Positions 53,903-62,803 of a DNA stretch of 64,000 bases are shown in pieces. The notes under the pieces were generated by a model. The model searched no databases. It was not told the DNA's origin and was given only the letters and a program-made list of their open reading frames with translations. Each line of letters begins with the position of its first letter. Within the stretch, counting starts at the first letter, position 1. This DNA is from Gammaproteobacteria bacterium (GTDB taxonomy: Bacteria > Pseudomonadota > Gammaproteobacteria > Steroidobacterales > Steroidobacteraceae): the NCBI GenBank assembly GCA_947455595.1, contig CANGOP010000015.1:3812-67811 (forward strand), in the 5' to 3' direction. A program made the translations under genes and the position numbers.

Positions 53903-54370
53903 TTACTTGTGGGCGAGCGCGACGATGTAACGCCACTCTGCACTCGTCACTGGTGTGATTGAAAGACGATTGCCACGCTTGAGGATCAACAAATCGCTGA
54001 GTTTTTCAGCGTGCGCACGTAGCTTCTCAAGCGTGACCGGTCGCTCAAAGCGTTCAACGAACTCAACATCCACCATGTACCAGGTCGGACTGTCAGGCTT
54101 GCTCTTCGGATCAAAGTGGTCGTTGGTAGGATCAAATGCTGTGTGATCCGGATAGCCGGTCTTCGCGATGCGGCAAATGCCGTAAATTCCAGGCTCATCG
54201 CAGCTAGAGTGATAGAAGAAGGCAAGGTCGTCGACCTGCATTTCGTCGCGCATCATGTTGCGCACCTGATAGTTGCGGACACCATCCCAGGCAGAGCGCT
54301 TCTTGGGCGCTTTCTTCAGGTCGTCGATACCAAACACGGACGGCTCGCTCTTCATCAGCCAGTGCTTCAT
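53903..54370 (-). CDS. EVE (PUA-like) domain protein
   Basis: 155 aa from MKHWLMKSEPSVF...WDGVRNYQVRN...FYHS... typical of EVE/DUF55. AGGAG RBS 6 nt upstream of ATG 54370. The track start at 54373 is a GTG. Confidence 0.85.
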   Translation of the reverse strand: MKHWLMKSEPSVFGIDDLKKAPKKRSAWDGVRNYQVRNMMRDEMQVDDLAFFYHSSCDEPGIYGICRIAKTGYPDHTAFDPTNDHFDPKSKPDSPTWYMVDVEFVERFERPVTLEKLRAHAEKLSDLLILKRGNRLSITPVTSAEWRYIVALAHK

Positions 54371-54432
54371 CACATGCTCCTACGCGTCCCACCCGCCGAC
54401 GCCATCGGTGGGGTGGGTGAATAGAGAAAGAG

Positions 54433-54623
54433 GTGGCGCCGTCCGCCTGTGCCGTCACGAATCGTTGCTCCCGGACCGGAGCAACAAGTGGGGCGTACTG
54501 CGAGACTTAAGGCTTTCCGCATCGAGGCGGACATGCTCAATGGTCTTGCAAGCACTTGCCCCGGGGTAACGCAATTAGGGCCGGGAGGTCTTGACCCATG
54601 TCGAACACCGCAGGCGGCGCCGG
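54433..54623 (-). ncRNA. ssrS: 6S RNA (boundaries about +/-10 nt)
   Basis: Immediately downstream of zapA on the same strand, as in E. coli. The minus strand contains GAGCAUGUCCGCCUCGAUGCGGAAAGCCUUAAGUCUCGCAG, resembling E. coli 6S GAGCAUGCUCGGUCCGUCCGAGAAGCCUUAAAACUGCGAC at the same relative offset. Closing stem GGCGCCGCCUG / CAGGCGGACGGCGCC lies about 187 nt apart. A 3' hairpin GUUGCUCCG-GUC-CGGGAGCAAC is positioned like the E. coli 3' central-bubble hairpin. Confidence 0.7.
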
Positions 54624-54689
54624 GATGAAGACTAACCGATCACAGCGTCCGAAAGAACGCAGTAAGTCTCATCTGCGAGAGATACGTGT

Positions 54690-55007
54690 TTAAAGGTCGA
54701 GTTGCTGTCCGCGAGTGAGCGCGGCGTCGACCTGTTCGCGCATCTGCCGTAATTTCTGGACGACATCGACGTCCAAGGAGGCATCGCGCGCGCGGGATTT
54801 GAGCAGTTCATTGGCCATATTGAGTGCGGCCATGACCGCGATGCGGTCCAAGCCGATCACCTTGCCGGTATCCCGGATCTTCCGCATCTCGCCGTTGAGG
54901 TACTCTGCTGAGTCCAACAACGCCGCCCGTTCGTCGGGAGCACAAGTGAACTGGTAGTCCTTTTCCAAGATCCGCACGGAGACTCGGGAGACCGGGAGGT
55001 CACTCAT
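54690..55007 (-). CDS. zapA: Cell division protein ZapA
   Basis: 105 aa, ...VRILEKDYQFTCAPDERAALLDSAEYLNGEMRKIRD...IAVMAALNMANEL... Confidence 0.9.
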   Translation of the reverse strand: MSDLPVSRVSVRILEKDYQFTCAPDERAALLDSAEYLNGEMRKIRDTGKVIGLDRIAVMAALNMANELLKSRARDASLDVDVVQKLRQMREQVDAALTRGQQLDL

Positions 55008-55237
55008 GCGCCATGCTCCATGGACTTCAATCGGCCGATCATAGCTTCTACCCGGGCGCGAACCTGCTCGTTCTTCTGCATCAGGGCGGCTCGCTCAGCG
55101 GCGAGAGATTCCTGACGCGATTTGAGCGACCGGTTCTCTTCCTTCAGGCGGTCGACCGTCAGAATCAGTTCCGACAGGCTTCTTTCGAGCCTCTTGAGCT
55201 CGGCATCGGCGGCAGATTGCGGTGTGATTTCGCTCAT
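55004..55237 (-). CDS. Small coiled-coil protein upstream of zapA (TIGR02449/ZapB-like)
   Basis: 77 aa heptad-rich coiled coil. 4-nt overlap with the zapA start. Confidence 0.7.
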   Translation of the reverse strand: MSEITPQSAADAELKRLERSLSELILTVDRLKEENRSLKSRQESLAAERAALMQKNEQVRARVEAMIGRLKSMEHGA

Positions 55238-55289
55238 GGCCGCACTATAGGCGCGGCTCTCAGGTGGGTCAACGCGCTAGAATCCCGGT

Positions 55290-55844
55290 ATGCACACTGT
55301 CACTTACGAAGAACTGGATACCGCGCTCGACGCGGCCGGGGCTGCCCTTGGGGCGGCCGAGGCGCACGGCGCACTGAGCGGCACCCTCGCCGCATCGCTG
55401 AGTTTCCAAGCTGACGCTTGGATCGACGACATTCTGGGCGGTACGGAAGCGCCGGAACGTGCGATGCACGCCCGCGAAGTGCTCACCGCTCTGTGTCGGG
55501 AAACCGCCGTCCATTTATCCGGGCCAGATATGGAGTTCGGACCTTTGCTGCCGGGCGATGAGGTGGCACTGGATGAGCGCACCGCCGCCCTCGCGACTTG
55601 GTGCACGGGCTTTTTAGCGGGACTCGGTTCCGTGCCGGTGCCACCTGCGGGCTGGCCGGATACGGTGCGTGAGATCGTGGCCGATTTTGCCGAGATCGCG
55701 CGGGCGTCCGTCGGTGAGGAAGACGCCGAAGAGGACAGTGAAGCGGCCTATAGCGAGCTCGTGGAGTATCTGCGCGCGAGCGCCCAGCTTGTGCATGAGG
55801 AACTCGTGGATCCCCGTGGAGAGATGGTTGATGAAGCTGAGTGA
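55290..55844 (+). CDS. ygfB: UPF0149 family protein YgfB
   Basis: 184 aa acidic protein. Conserved ygfB-pepP-ubiH-ubiI order, divergent from zapA as in E. coli and Pseudomonas. Confidence 0.8.
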   Translation: MHTVTYEELDTALDAAGAALGAAEAHGALSGTLAASLSFQADAWIDDILGGTEAPERAMHAREVLTALCRETAVHLSGPDMEFGPLLPGDEVALDERTAALATWCTGFLAGLGSVPVPPAGWPDTVREIVADFAEIARASVGEEDAEEDSEAAYSELVEYLRASAQLVHEELVDPRGEMVDEAE

Positions 55845-57141
55845 GTTCGCTAAGCGGCGGTGTCAGTTGATGCGGATGATGGGGCGGGATGCCATCGCGA
55901 TCCTGCCGGCCGCGCCGGTCCGCAAGCGCAACGCCGATACTGAGTACCCGTATCGTCAGGACAGTGACTTTCACTTTCTCACGGGGTTCCCGGAGCCCGA
56001 AGCGGTGGCTGTACTGCTGCCGGGCCGCGCAGAAGGGGAGGTCATCCTGTTTGTGCGCGATCGAGACCCTACCCGCGAGATGTGGGATGGCTTGCGAGCC
56101 GGCCCCGAGGGTGCGGTCGAACGCTATGGCGCGGACGACGCATTCCCCATCGCCGATATCGATGACATCCTGCCGGGTCTACTGGAAAGCAGATCCCGCG
56201 TTTACTACACGATGGGTCTGCATCCGGAGTTCGACCAGCGGGTCATCGGCTGGGTGAATGGGCTGCGGGCGCAAGCGAAGCAGGGCATGCACACCCCGCA
56301 GGAGTTCGTTGCGCTCGATCACCTGCTGCACGATATGCGGCTCTATAAGAGTCGCGAGGAAATTGCTGCGATGCGTCAAGCGGCGGCGGTGTCAGTCACG
56401 GCGCATGAGCGCGCGATGCGGTTGGCGGCGCCAGGCGTAACCGAATACCAATTGGCCGCCGAGATCGTGCATGAGTTTCATCGTAACCGTGGCGTGTCGG
56501 CCTATGAGCCCATCGTCGGTGGCGGCGCCAATGCCTGTATCCTGCACTATCGCGAGAATGCTCAGCCGCTACGGGATGGCGATCTGGTCCTGATCGACGC
56601 CGGCTGTGAATTGGACTATTACGCCTCGGACATCACGCGGACATTTCCGGTGAACGGCCGATTCACGTCGGCGCAACGGGCGCTCTACGATGTGGTCTTG
56701 GAGGCGCAGTTGGCCGCAATCGAACAATGCCGCCAGGGCAATCATTGGAACGATCCGCACGATGCGGCGGTACGGGTCATCACGCAGGGCTTGGTGTCAC
56801 TCGGGTTTCTGAGCGGCAAAGTCAGCAAGCTGATCAAAGAAGGCGCCTACCGGGAGTGGTTTATGCACCGCACCGGACATTGGCTGGGGCTAGACGTGCA
56901 TGACGTCGGTGACTACAAAGTCGGCGATGCCTGGCGGGTTCTTGAACCAGGCATGGTCCTGACCGTTGAGCCCGGACTTTACGTGAAGCCTGGCTGTCGC
57001 CGCGCGCCGAAGGAGTTCCGGGGAATCGGGATCCGCATTGAGGATGATGTTGCCGTGACGCGGAGCAGCCCTGAGGTCCTGACGGGTGCTTTGGTGAAAA
57101 GTGCCGATGACATCGAACGATTCATGGCGGCCCGGTCCTGA
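55831..57141 (+). CDS. pepP: Xaa-Pro aminopeptidase (M24B)
   Basis: 436 aa from MKLSEFAKRR. Motifs DLVLIDAG, HRTGHWLGLDVHD, VLTVEPGLY, GIRIEDD. Confidence 0.93.
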   Translation: MKLSEFAKRRCQLMRMMGRDAIAILPAAPVRKRNADTEYPYRQDSDFHFLTGFPEPEAVAVLLPGRAEGEVILFVRDRDPTREMWDGLRAGPEGAVERYGADDAFPIADIDDILPGLLESRSRVYYTMGLHPEFDQRVIGWVNGLRAQAKQGMHTPQEFVALDHLLHDMRLYKSREEIAAMRQAAAVSVTAHERAMRLAAPGVTEYQLAAEIVHEFHRNRGVSAYEPIVGGGANACILHYRENAQPLRDGDLVLIDAGCELDYYASDITRTFPVNGRFTSAQRALYDVVLEAQLAAIEQCRQGNHWNDPHDAAVRVITQGLVSLGFLSGKVSKLIKEGAYREWFMHRTGHWLGLDVHDVGDYKVGDAWRVLEPGMVLTVEPGLYVKPGCRRAPKEFRGIGIRIEDDVAVTRSSPEVLTGALVKSADDIERFMAARS

Positions 57142-57142
57142 C

Positions 57143-58396
57143 ATGCCAACCCTTCAAGTAAGCCCATCCGCCGTCGACTGCGATGTCGCGATTGTGGGCG
57201 GCGGACTGGTCGGGGCGAGTCTTGCACTGGCGCTGACCGGCCTCGGTCTATCGATCACGCTGATTGAGGCGGTGCTCCCTGAAGAGGAGTCCCAGCCCAG
57301 CTTTGATACGAGAACGACCGCCCTGTCGAATGGTTCGCGACGCGTGTTTGAGGGTCTCGGGATCTGGGATGAGGTTGCGCGGGAAGTGACAGCCATCCGC
57401 CAGATCCATATCTCAGAGCGCGGTCGGTTCGGTTCTGCCGTGATCGATGCCGCGCAGGAAGGCATCCCCGCTCTCGGATTCGTGGTGGAGAATCGTGTCG
57501 TGGGTCGTGCGCTGTGGCGCCGATTGCGTCATGCCAAGGAATTAACACTCTGGGCGCCCGCGAAAGTTGCGTCCGCCAGCGTTGAATCAGGTTGTTCTTG
57601 TCTGACCCTGACCGACGGACGAGTTTTGCGCGCTCGGTTGGCTGTTGCGGCCGATGGCATTGCCTCACGTGTTCGCGAGGGGGCCGGTATCGGTGCCACG
57701 AGATCTGATTACGGTCAGGTGGCGGTGATTGCTCAGGCGACGCCAGGTCAATTGCACGATCACGTCGCCTACGAGCGGTTTACGCCGTCGGGTCCGATTG
57801 CTGCGTTGCCGATCCCGGATGGTCGCGTAGGTCTGATCTGGACGTTGGAGCCGGATGAAGCGCAACGGGTTCTTGCGCTCAATGATGCGCAGTTCCTGAG
57901 TGAGTTACAGGTGGCCTTTGGTTGGCGTCTCGGCAAATTTCGCGCAGTCGCTCCACGGCATGCCTATCCGTTGTCGCTCGTGAAGGCGGATTCTCCTGAG
58001 GCACCGCGTACGGTGATGATCGGTGCTGCCGCGCAAGGGATGCACCCGATTGCCGGCCAAGGTCTCAACTTAGGGTTACGGGATGCAGCGACCCTCGCCG
58101 AAGTGTTGGCGGATGCGCCGGGTGAAGATCCGGGATCTCCGGAGTTGCTGGCGCGCTATGCGCAATGGCGACAGACCGATCGCAACGCCATCATTGGGTT
58201 TACCGATGGCTTAGTGCGGCTGTTCGGCAGTCGCATAGGTCCTGTGCGGATGGCCCGCGGATTAGGGCTTGTACTCTTTGATCTCAGTCCCACGGCGAAG
58301 TCGGCCATGTCGAAGTTGTCCCAGGGATTTGCTGGTCGTCTGCCGCGGTTGTCGCGCGGATTACCGCTGCGCCGCCGTGTAGAAGGGTCGTCATGA
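57143..58396 (+). CDS. ubiH: 2-octaprenyl-6-methoxyphenol hydroxylase (FAD monooxygenase)
   Basis: GxGxxG motif VAIVGGGLVGASLA. UbiH/UbiF/VisC family, position after pepP. Confidence 0.88.
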   Translation: MPTLQVSPSAVDCDVAIVGGGLVGASLALALTGLGLSITLIEAVLPEEESQPSFDTRTTALSNGSRRVFEGLGIWDEVAREVTAIRQIHISERGRFGSAVIDAAQEGIPALGFVVENRVVGRALWRRLRHAKELTLWAPAKVASASVESGCSCLTLTDGRVLRARLAVAADGIASRVREGAGIGATRSDYGQVAVIAQATPGQLHDHVAYERFTPSGPIAALPIPDGRVGLIWTLEPDEAQRVLALNDAQFLSELQVAFGWRLGKFRAVAPRHAYPLSLVKADSPEAPRTVMIGAAAQGMHPIAGQGLNLGLRDAATLAEVLADAPGEDPGSPELLARYAQWRQTDRNAIIGFTDGLVRLFGSRIGPVRMARGLGLVLFDLSPTAKSAMSKLSQGFAGRLPRLSRGLPLRRRVEGSS

Positions 58397-59589
58397 CGCG
58401 TCCAGACTTCGACGTTTTGATTGGCGGCGGCGGTATGGTCGGCGCTGCGCTTGCAGCCTTGTTGGCGTCACGCACCGGGCCAGGTCAACTCCGAATCGCC
58501 TTGGTTGAACCGCGTCCAACGCTCATGCCCTTGCCGCAAGAGCCGTTGGACGTTCGGGTGTCGGCGGTTTCCCGTGCGGGTCAGCGATTGCTCGCGGAAG
58601 TGGGTGCATGGCCGTTGCTCTCATCGCGCAGTCCTGCCGCGTACGAGCAGATGATCGTCTGGGATGCACAGGATCCCCCGGACGGGCCGAATGCACTGGT
58701 CTTTGATGCCGCGGAAATCGGCGAGCCGGATCTCGGGCACATCGTCGAGAACCAAGCGATCGCTGCGAGTTTGATTGAGCGCGCTATTGCACTGGGCGTG
58801 ACGCTGTTGCGTACGCCCGTCGTGGGATTACAGTTGGAGCGTGATCGCGCCGTCGTTGATCTGGGCGAGCGACGCGTATCCACTGCGCTGGTGGTCGCCG
58901 CCGATGGCGCGGAATCACCGATGCGCCACCTCGCGGGGTTGCGGGGCGATCCCACGCCCTATCCGCAGACCGCCATCGTGACACACCTGCGTCCTGAAAA
59001 GCCGCATGGGGCTGCTGCTCGGCAACGCTTTCTGCCGGGCGGGCCGTTGGCGCTCTTGCCGTTAGCGGATGGCCGCGTCTCGTTGGTCTGGTCGTTGCCG
59101 CCTGCGCAAGCGAACGCTTTGATGGCACTGAATGACGACGCATTTTCCTCGGCAGTGACGGCCGCGAGCGATGCGGTGCTAGGCCAACTCGACGTGGTCG
59201 CGCAACGCGGCAGCTTTCCGTTACGACACTTCAATGCGGCGCACTACGCTGCGACGCGCTTCGTACTGGTCGGGGATGCGGCTCACGCCGTGCATCCGCT
59301 CGCTGGCCAAGGCGTGAATCAAGGGTTCTTGGATGTGCTGGCGTTGGCTGATGAGATCGTGGCTGAGCGAGCACGCCGAGGCGATATCGGTGATCCGGGT
59401 CCACTGGGCCGCTATGCGCGAGCGCGACAGGCCGACAATGCGGTCTTCGGTGCAGCCTTGGACGCGATTTATCGCGTCTATACCGACGAGCGCGCTTGGA
59501 TCCGCGGCGCACGCCGGCGATTGCTCGGGCTTGCTCAGCGCTTGGGGCCGGTGAAGCAGCATCTTGTGTCGAGAGCTTTACTCGGATGA
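58393..59589 (+). CDS. ubiI: UbiH/UbiF/UbiI-family FAD-dependent ubiquinone hydroxylase
   Basis: VLIGGGMVGAALA, ...GDAAHAVHPLAGQGVNQG.... ATGA overlap with ubiH. Confidence 0.82.
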   Translation: MTRPDFDVLIGGGGMVGAALAALLASRTGPGQLRIALVEPRPTLMPLPQEPLDVRVSAVSRAGQRLLAEVGAWPLLSSRSPAAYEQMIVWDAQDPPDGPNALVFDAAEIGEPDLGHIVENQAIAASLIERAIALGVTLLRTPVVGLQLERDRAVVDLGERRVSTALVVAADGAESPMRHLAGLRGDPTPYPQTAIVTHLRPEKPHGAAARQRFLPGGPLALLPLADGRVSLVWSLPPAQANALMALNDDAFSSAVTAASDAVLGQLDVVAQRGSFPLRHFNAAHYAATRFVLVGDAAHAVHPLAGQGVNQGFLDVLALADEIVAERARRGDIGDPGPLGRYARARQADNAVFGAALDAIYRVYTDERAWIRGARRRLLGLAQRLGPVKQHLVSRALLG

Positions 59590-60065
59590 CACCGGATCCT
59601 CGATTGCCAAGCCCAATTGTTTGGGCGTTGGGTGGCGCTCTGGTGGCCGTCCTAGGATTGGTGTTGCCGCAACTGTGGTTTGGCGCCATGGCGATGGGTG
59701 TGGCCGACGACATTCCGGTCATTGCGATGGCGCTCGTTTCGCTCTACGCGCAACAGTCGATGCAGGCGTGGTCACATGCCGCCCGGTTGTGGGGGGCGTT
59801 GAGCATCGGGCTCTTCGGTGCCGTGATCACGGGTCTGGCCGCCTACGTGCTCTATACCGTTTGTCAAACGGGCTTGTTGGCGGCGCGTCTTGCGTACCGG
59901 ACGACGGTGGATGCGCAACGCATGGCATATCTACAGCCGTCACACTGGCTTGATCCTGCGGCTCAGGCCTTGCAGTTGGCAGCGTCGGTGTTGTTCTTTA
60001 GCTTTGTGATCGGTGCCTTTGCGGCCTTTCGGGCACGCAAGGCGCAGGGGCATCGTCCAACTTAA
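59586..60065 (+). CDS. Hypothetical membrane protein (about 4 TM), translationally coupled to ubiI
   Basis: 159 aa from ATG 59586 (ATGA overlap with the ubiI stop). Four hydrophobic stretches. No recognised motif. Confidence 0.55.
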   Translation: MTPDPRLPSPIVWALGGALVAVLGLVLPQLWFGAMAMGVADDIPVIAMALVSLYAQQSMQAWSHAARLWGALSIGLFGAVITGLAAYVLYTVCQTGLLAARLAYRTTVDAQRMAYLQPSHWLDPAAQALQLAASVLFFSFVIGAFAAFRARKAQGHRPT

Positions 60066-60068
60066 GTT

Positions 60069-60401
60069 TTATAGGCGGTCGACCTTGGCCGCGCAGATGA
60101 AATCGTTCTCGGATAGGCCTTGGATCGCATGCGTGGTGTACACGATCCGGCAGTAGTTGTAGCCCACCTGCAGATCCGGATGGTGATCTTCCTGGTTGGC
60201 GATGTGCGCGAGGGCATTCACAAAGCTCATGGTGCGTAGGAAGTTCGGGAAGGTGTAATCGCGCTCGAGTTGGGTTGCCGTTGCGTTCAGTCGCCACGAC
60301 GGGTGAAGGTTAGCCATCGCTGCGTGAGCGGCCGCCGACGCAAGGGCCTCGATCCCGCCTTCACAGGGTTTACAACGACGGTCAGCCAGTAACGCATTCA
60401 T
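60069..60401 (-). CDS. phhB: Pterin-4a-carbinolamine dehydratase
   Basis: 110 aa, ...CKPCEGG...[26 protein letters not shown]... PCD/DCoH signature. Confidence 0.9.
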   Translation of the reverse strand: MNALLADRRCKPCEGGIEALASAAAHAAMANLHPSWRLNATATQLERDYTFPNFLRTMSFVNALAHIANQEDHHPDLQVGYNYCRIVYTTHAIQGLSENDFICAAKVDRL

Positions 60402-61624
60402 TCGGCTCTCCTCGGATAACGACGGACGATATACGCCTCGACGAGGTCTTGGAATTCCTCAGCGATATGGTCGCCCTTGAGGGTCACCGTCTTTTCGCCG
60501 TCTTCATAGACCGGGGCCACCGGCCGCTCACCGGTGCCCGGCAGACTGATTCCAATGCTGGCGTGTTTGCTCTCGCCCGGTCCATTGACGACGCAGCCCA
60601 TGACGGCGACCGTCATGTTCTCAACGCCCACATGGGTGGCGCGCCAGGTGGGCATCCGCTCGCGAATGTGGCGCTGAATTCGCTCTGCGAGTTCTTGAAA
60701 ATACGTGCTGGTCGTACGGCCGCAGCCTGGGCAACTGGTGACCATCGGCGTGAAGGCACGCAGGCCCATCGTCTGCAGCAGTTCTTGGGCGACGATCACT
60801 TCGCGGGTCCGGTCACCACCGGGCTCAGGCGTTAGCGAGATACGGATCGTGTCACCGATGCCCTCCTGCAGCAGGACGGCCATGGCTGCGGATGAGGCAA
60901 CGATACCTTTGGAACCCATGCCGGCTTCGGTGAGACCTAAATGCAGCGGATAGTCACAACGCGCGGCGAGCGATCGGTAGATCGAGATCAAATCCTGCAC
61001 ACCGCTGACTTTTGCGGACAGCACGATCTGATCGTGTCCTAGGCCGAGTTCTTCGGCGCGTGCTGCGCTGGCTAAGGCTGAGACGACGGTCGCTTCACGC
61101 ACGACGTCCATCACGTCGAGCGGTTGGGACGCGCGCGCGTTCTCATCCATCATTCGCGTCACGAGATCTTGATCGAGGCTACCCCAGTTAACGCCGATGC
61201 GGACAGGCTTGTGATAGCGGCAGGCCATTTCGATCATCTCGGCGAACTGGGTGTCGCGCTTGGATCCCCGTCCTACGTTGCCGGGGTTGATGCGCAACTT
61301 GGCGAGTGCTTCCGCGCACGCCGGTTCGTCTTTCAACAAGCGATGGCCGTTGAAATGAAAGTCGCCGACGAGAGGCACCGAGCAGCCGGCTTGATCTAAG
61401 GCGTCGCGAATGCGCGGAACGGCCGCGGCTGCTTCTTTCTCGTTCACGGTCACGCGCACGATTTCAGAACCCGCCCGGGCCAATGCCAACACTTGCGCGA
61501 CCGTGCCGTCGATATCGGCGGTATCCGTGTTGGTCATCGACTGAACGACGATTGGCGCATCGCCGCCGACGCGGACGTGGCCGATGGTGGCGATAACGGA
61601 TGAGCGACGAACGGGCAGTGGCAT
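60398..61624 (-). CDS. ispG: 4-hydroxy-3-methylbut-2-en-1-yl diphosphate synthase
   Basis: 408 aa, ...[19 protein letters not shown]..., ...RINPGNVG..., C-terminal Fe-S Cys ligands (SCPGCGRT). Confidence 0.97.
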   Translation of the reverse strand: MPLPVRRSSVIATIGHVRVGGDAPIVVQSMTNTDTADIDGTVAQVLALARAGSEIVRVTVNEKEAAAAVPRIRDALDQAGCSVPLVGDFHFNGHRLLKDEPACAEALAKLRINPGNVGRGSKRDTQFAEMIEMACRYHKPVRIGVNWGSLDQDLVTRMMDENARASQPLDVMDVVREATVVSALASAARAEELGLGHDQIVLSAKVSGVQDLISIYRSLAARCDYPLHLGLTEAGMGSKGIVASSAAMAVLLQEGIGDTIRISLTPEPGGDRTREVIVAQELLQTMGLRAFTPMVTSCPGCGRTTSTYFQELAERIQRHIRERMPTWRATHVGVENMTVAVMGCVVNGPGESKHASIGISLPGTGERPVAPVYEDGEKTVTLKGDHIAEEFQDLVEAYIVRRYPRRAE

Positions 61625-61707
61625 GCGGGATTTCCTCAGCGAGGGCCGAATTCTATCCGAATCAACGCACTGTCCGACGGGTGCTATCGTGTGGTGAAGG
61701 AGGCCTC

Positions 61708-62670
61708 ATGACACCCCAACTGTTGCCGCCCGAGCGGGCATTCATGGATTTTGACATCGTCACCGATCCGAAGGACTGGTCCGCCGGTATCGCGGTGATC
61801 GGCATCGGTCACAGCGAACCGTATGCACACGACCCGTGCCCGAACGACCAGACCCGGGCGCCAGCGGCTATCCGCGCGCAGTCCGAGCAGTTTGGCTTTG
61901 GTGATGGTCACCACTTTGATTTCGAATTCGACGGCACCTTGTACTCACAATTGCCAACGCGACGCATGGATTGTGGCGACCTTCGGCGGGGTGACGAGCC
62001 ATTTGCGGTCTATCGAGCAGCGGCCCGGCAGGCTTTGAGTCAGCTGTGGTCCTGCGGCGCGGCCGTTTTTTTACTCGGTGGGGATCACGGGGTAACGATC
62101 CCAGCGGTCGAGGCCCTCGGCGTACTTGGGCGCCCCGTCCACATCATTCATATCGATGCGCATCTGGACTGGCGCGTCGAGGTCGCGGGTGTCCACGGTG
62201 GATACTCGAGTCCTTTGTATGCCGCGAGTCGCTGCCCTTGGGTTGTGGGCATGACCCAGATTGGGCTGCGAGGAACGGGCAGTGCGCGACCGGAAGAGGT
62301 GGCTGCTGCGCGCGCATGGGGTTCGCGATTGATTACAGTAGATCAGTTCCGATCGACGCCTATTGACGCAATTTTTGACAATATCGCCGCTGATTCACTG
62401 GTCTACATCACCATTGATGCGGATGGGTTGGACCCCTCCGTCATGCCGGCCGTCATGGGTCCGGCGCCCGGTGGTCTGCGCTATGAAGAAGTCACGGCCC
62501 TCATCCAGCGCTTGGCTGCCCGTCACCAAGTGGTGGGCATGGATGTGGTCGAGATCGCGCCGTCCTATGACTTTGCGAATCACCTGTCGGCAATTACGGC
62601 TGGACGGCTGCTCTTGCACGGCATGGTGGCGTCGGTCCGTGGAATGGATCTGCTCACGGGCTCGTTGTGA
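61708..62670 (+). CDS. Arginase-family ureohydrolase (agmatinase/guanidino-acid hydrolase type)
   Basis: 320 aa from ATG 61708 with GGAGG RBS. Mn-ligand motifs GGDHGVT, IDAHLD, DADGLDPS, VVGMDVVE. Confidence 0.85.
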   Translation: MTPQLLPPERAFMDFDIVTDPKDWSAGIAVIGIGHSEPYAHDPCPNDQTRAPAAIRAQSEQFGFGDGHHFDFEFDGTLYSQLPTRRMDCGDLRRGDEPFAVYRAAARQALSQLWSCGAAVFLLGGDHGVTIPAVEALGVLGRPVHIIHIDAHLDWRVEVAGVHGGYSSPLYAASRCPWVVGMTQIGLRGTGSARPEEVAAARAWGSRLITVDQFRSTPIDAIFDNIAADSLVYITIDADGLDPSVMPAVMGPAPGGLRYEEVTALIQRLAARHQVVGMDVVEIAPSYDFANHLSAITAGRLLLHGMVASVRGMDLLTGSL

Positions 62671-62803
62671 AGTCGCAACATTTGCTGAATTCCAGCTGTG
62701 TCAATTAGTGGCAATTCCGTCGCATAATTGACTCGGGGAGCGTGGCTGTTGTCAGATCATTGGTCTGCCGGCGGCCACGTCATCAGGCCATGAGGGGAGT
62801 TCG

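Noticed and set aside
54630-54689. Extra small hairpins between the zapA stop and the predicted 6S 5' end, considered as a separate sRNA.
   Set aside because: The stems are only 4 bp. The region is more simply the 6S precursor leader or promoter, as in E. coli where 6S is processed from a longer transcript.
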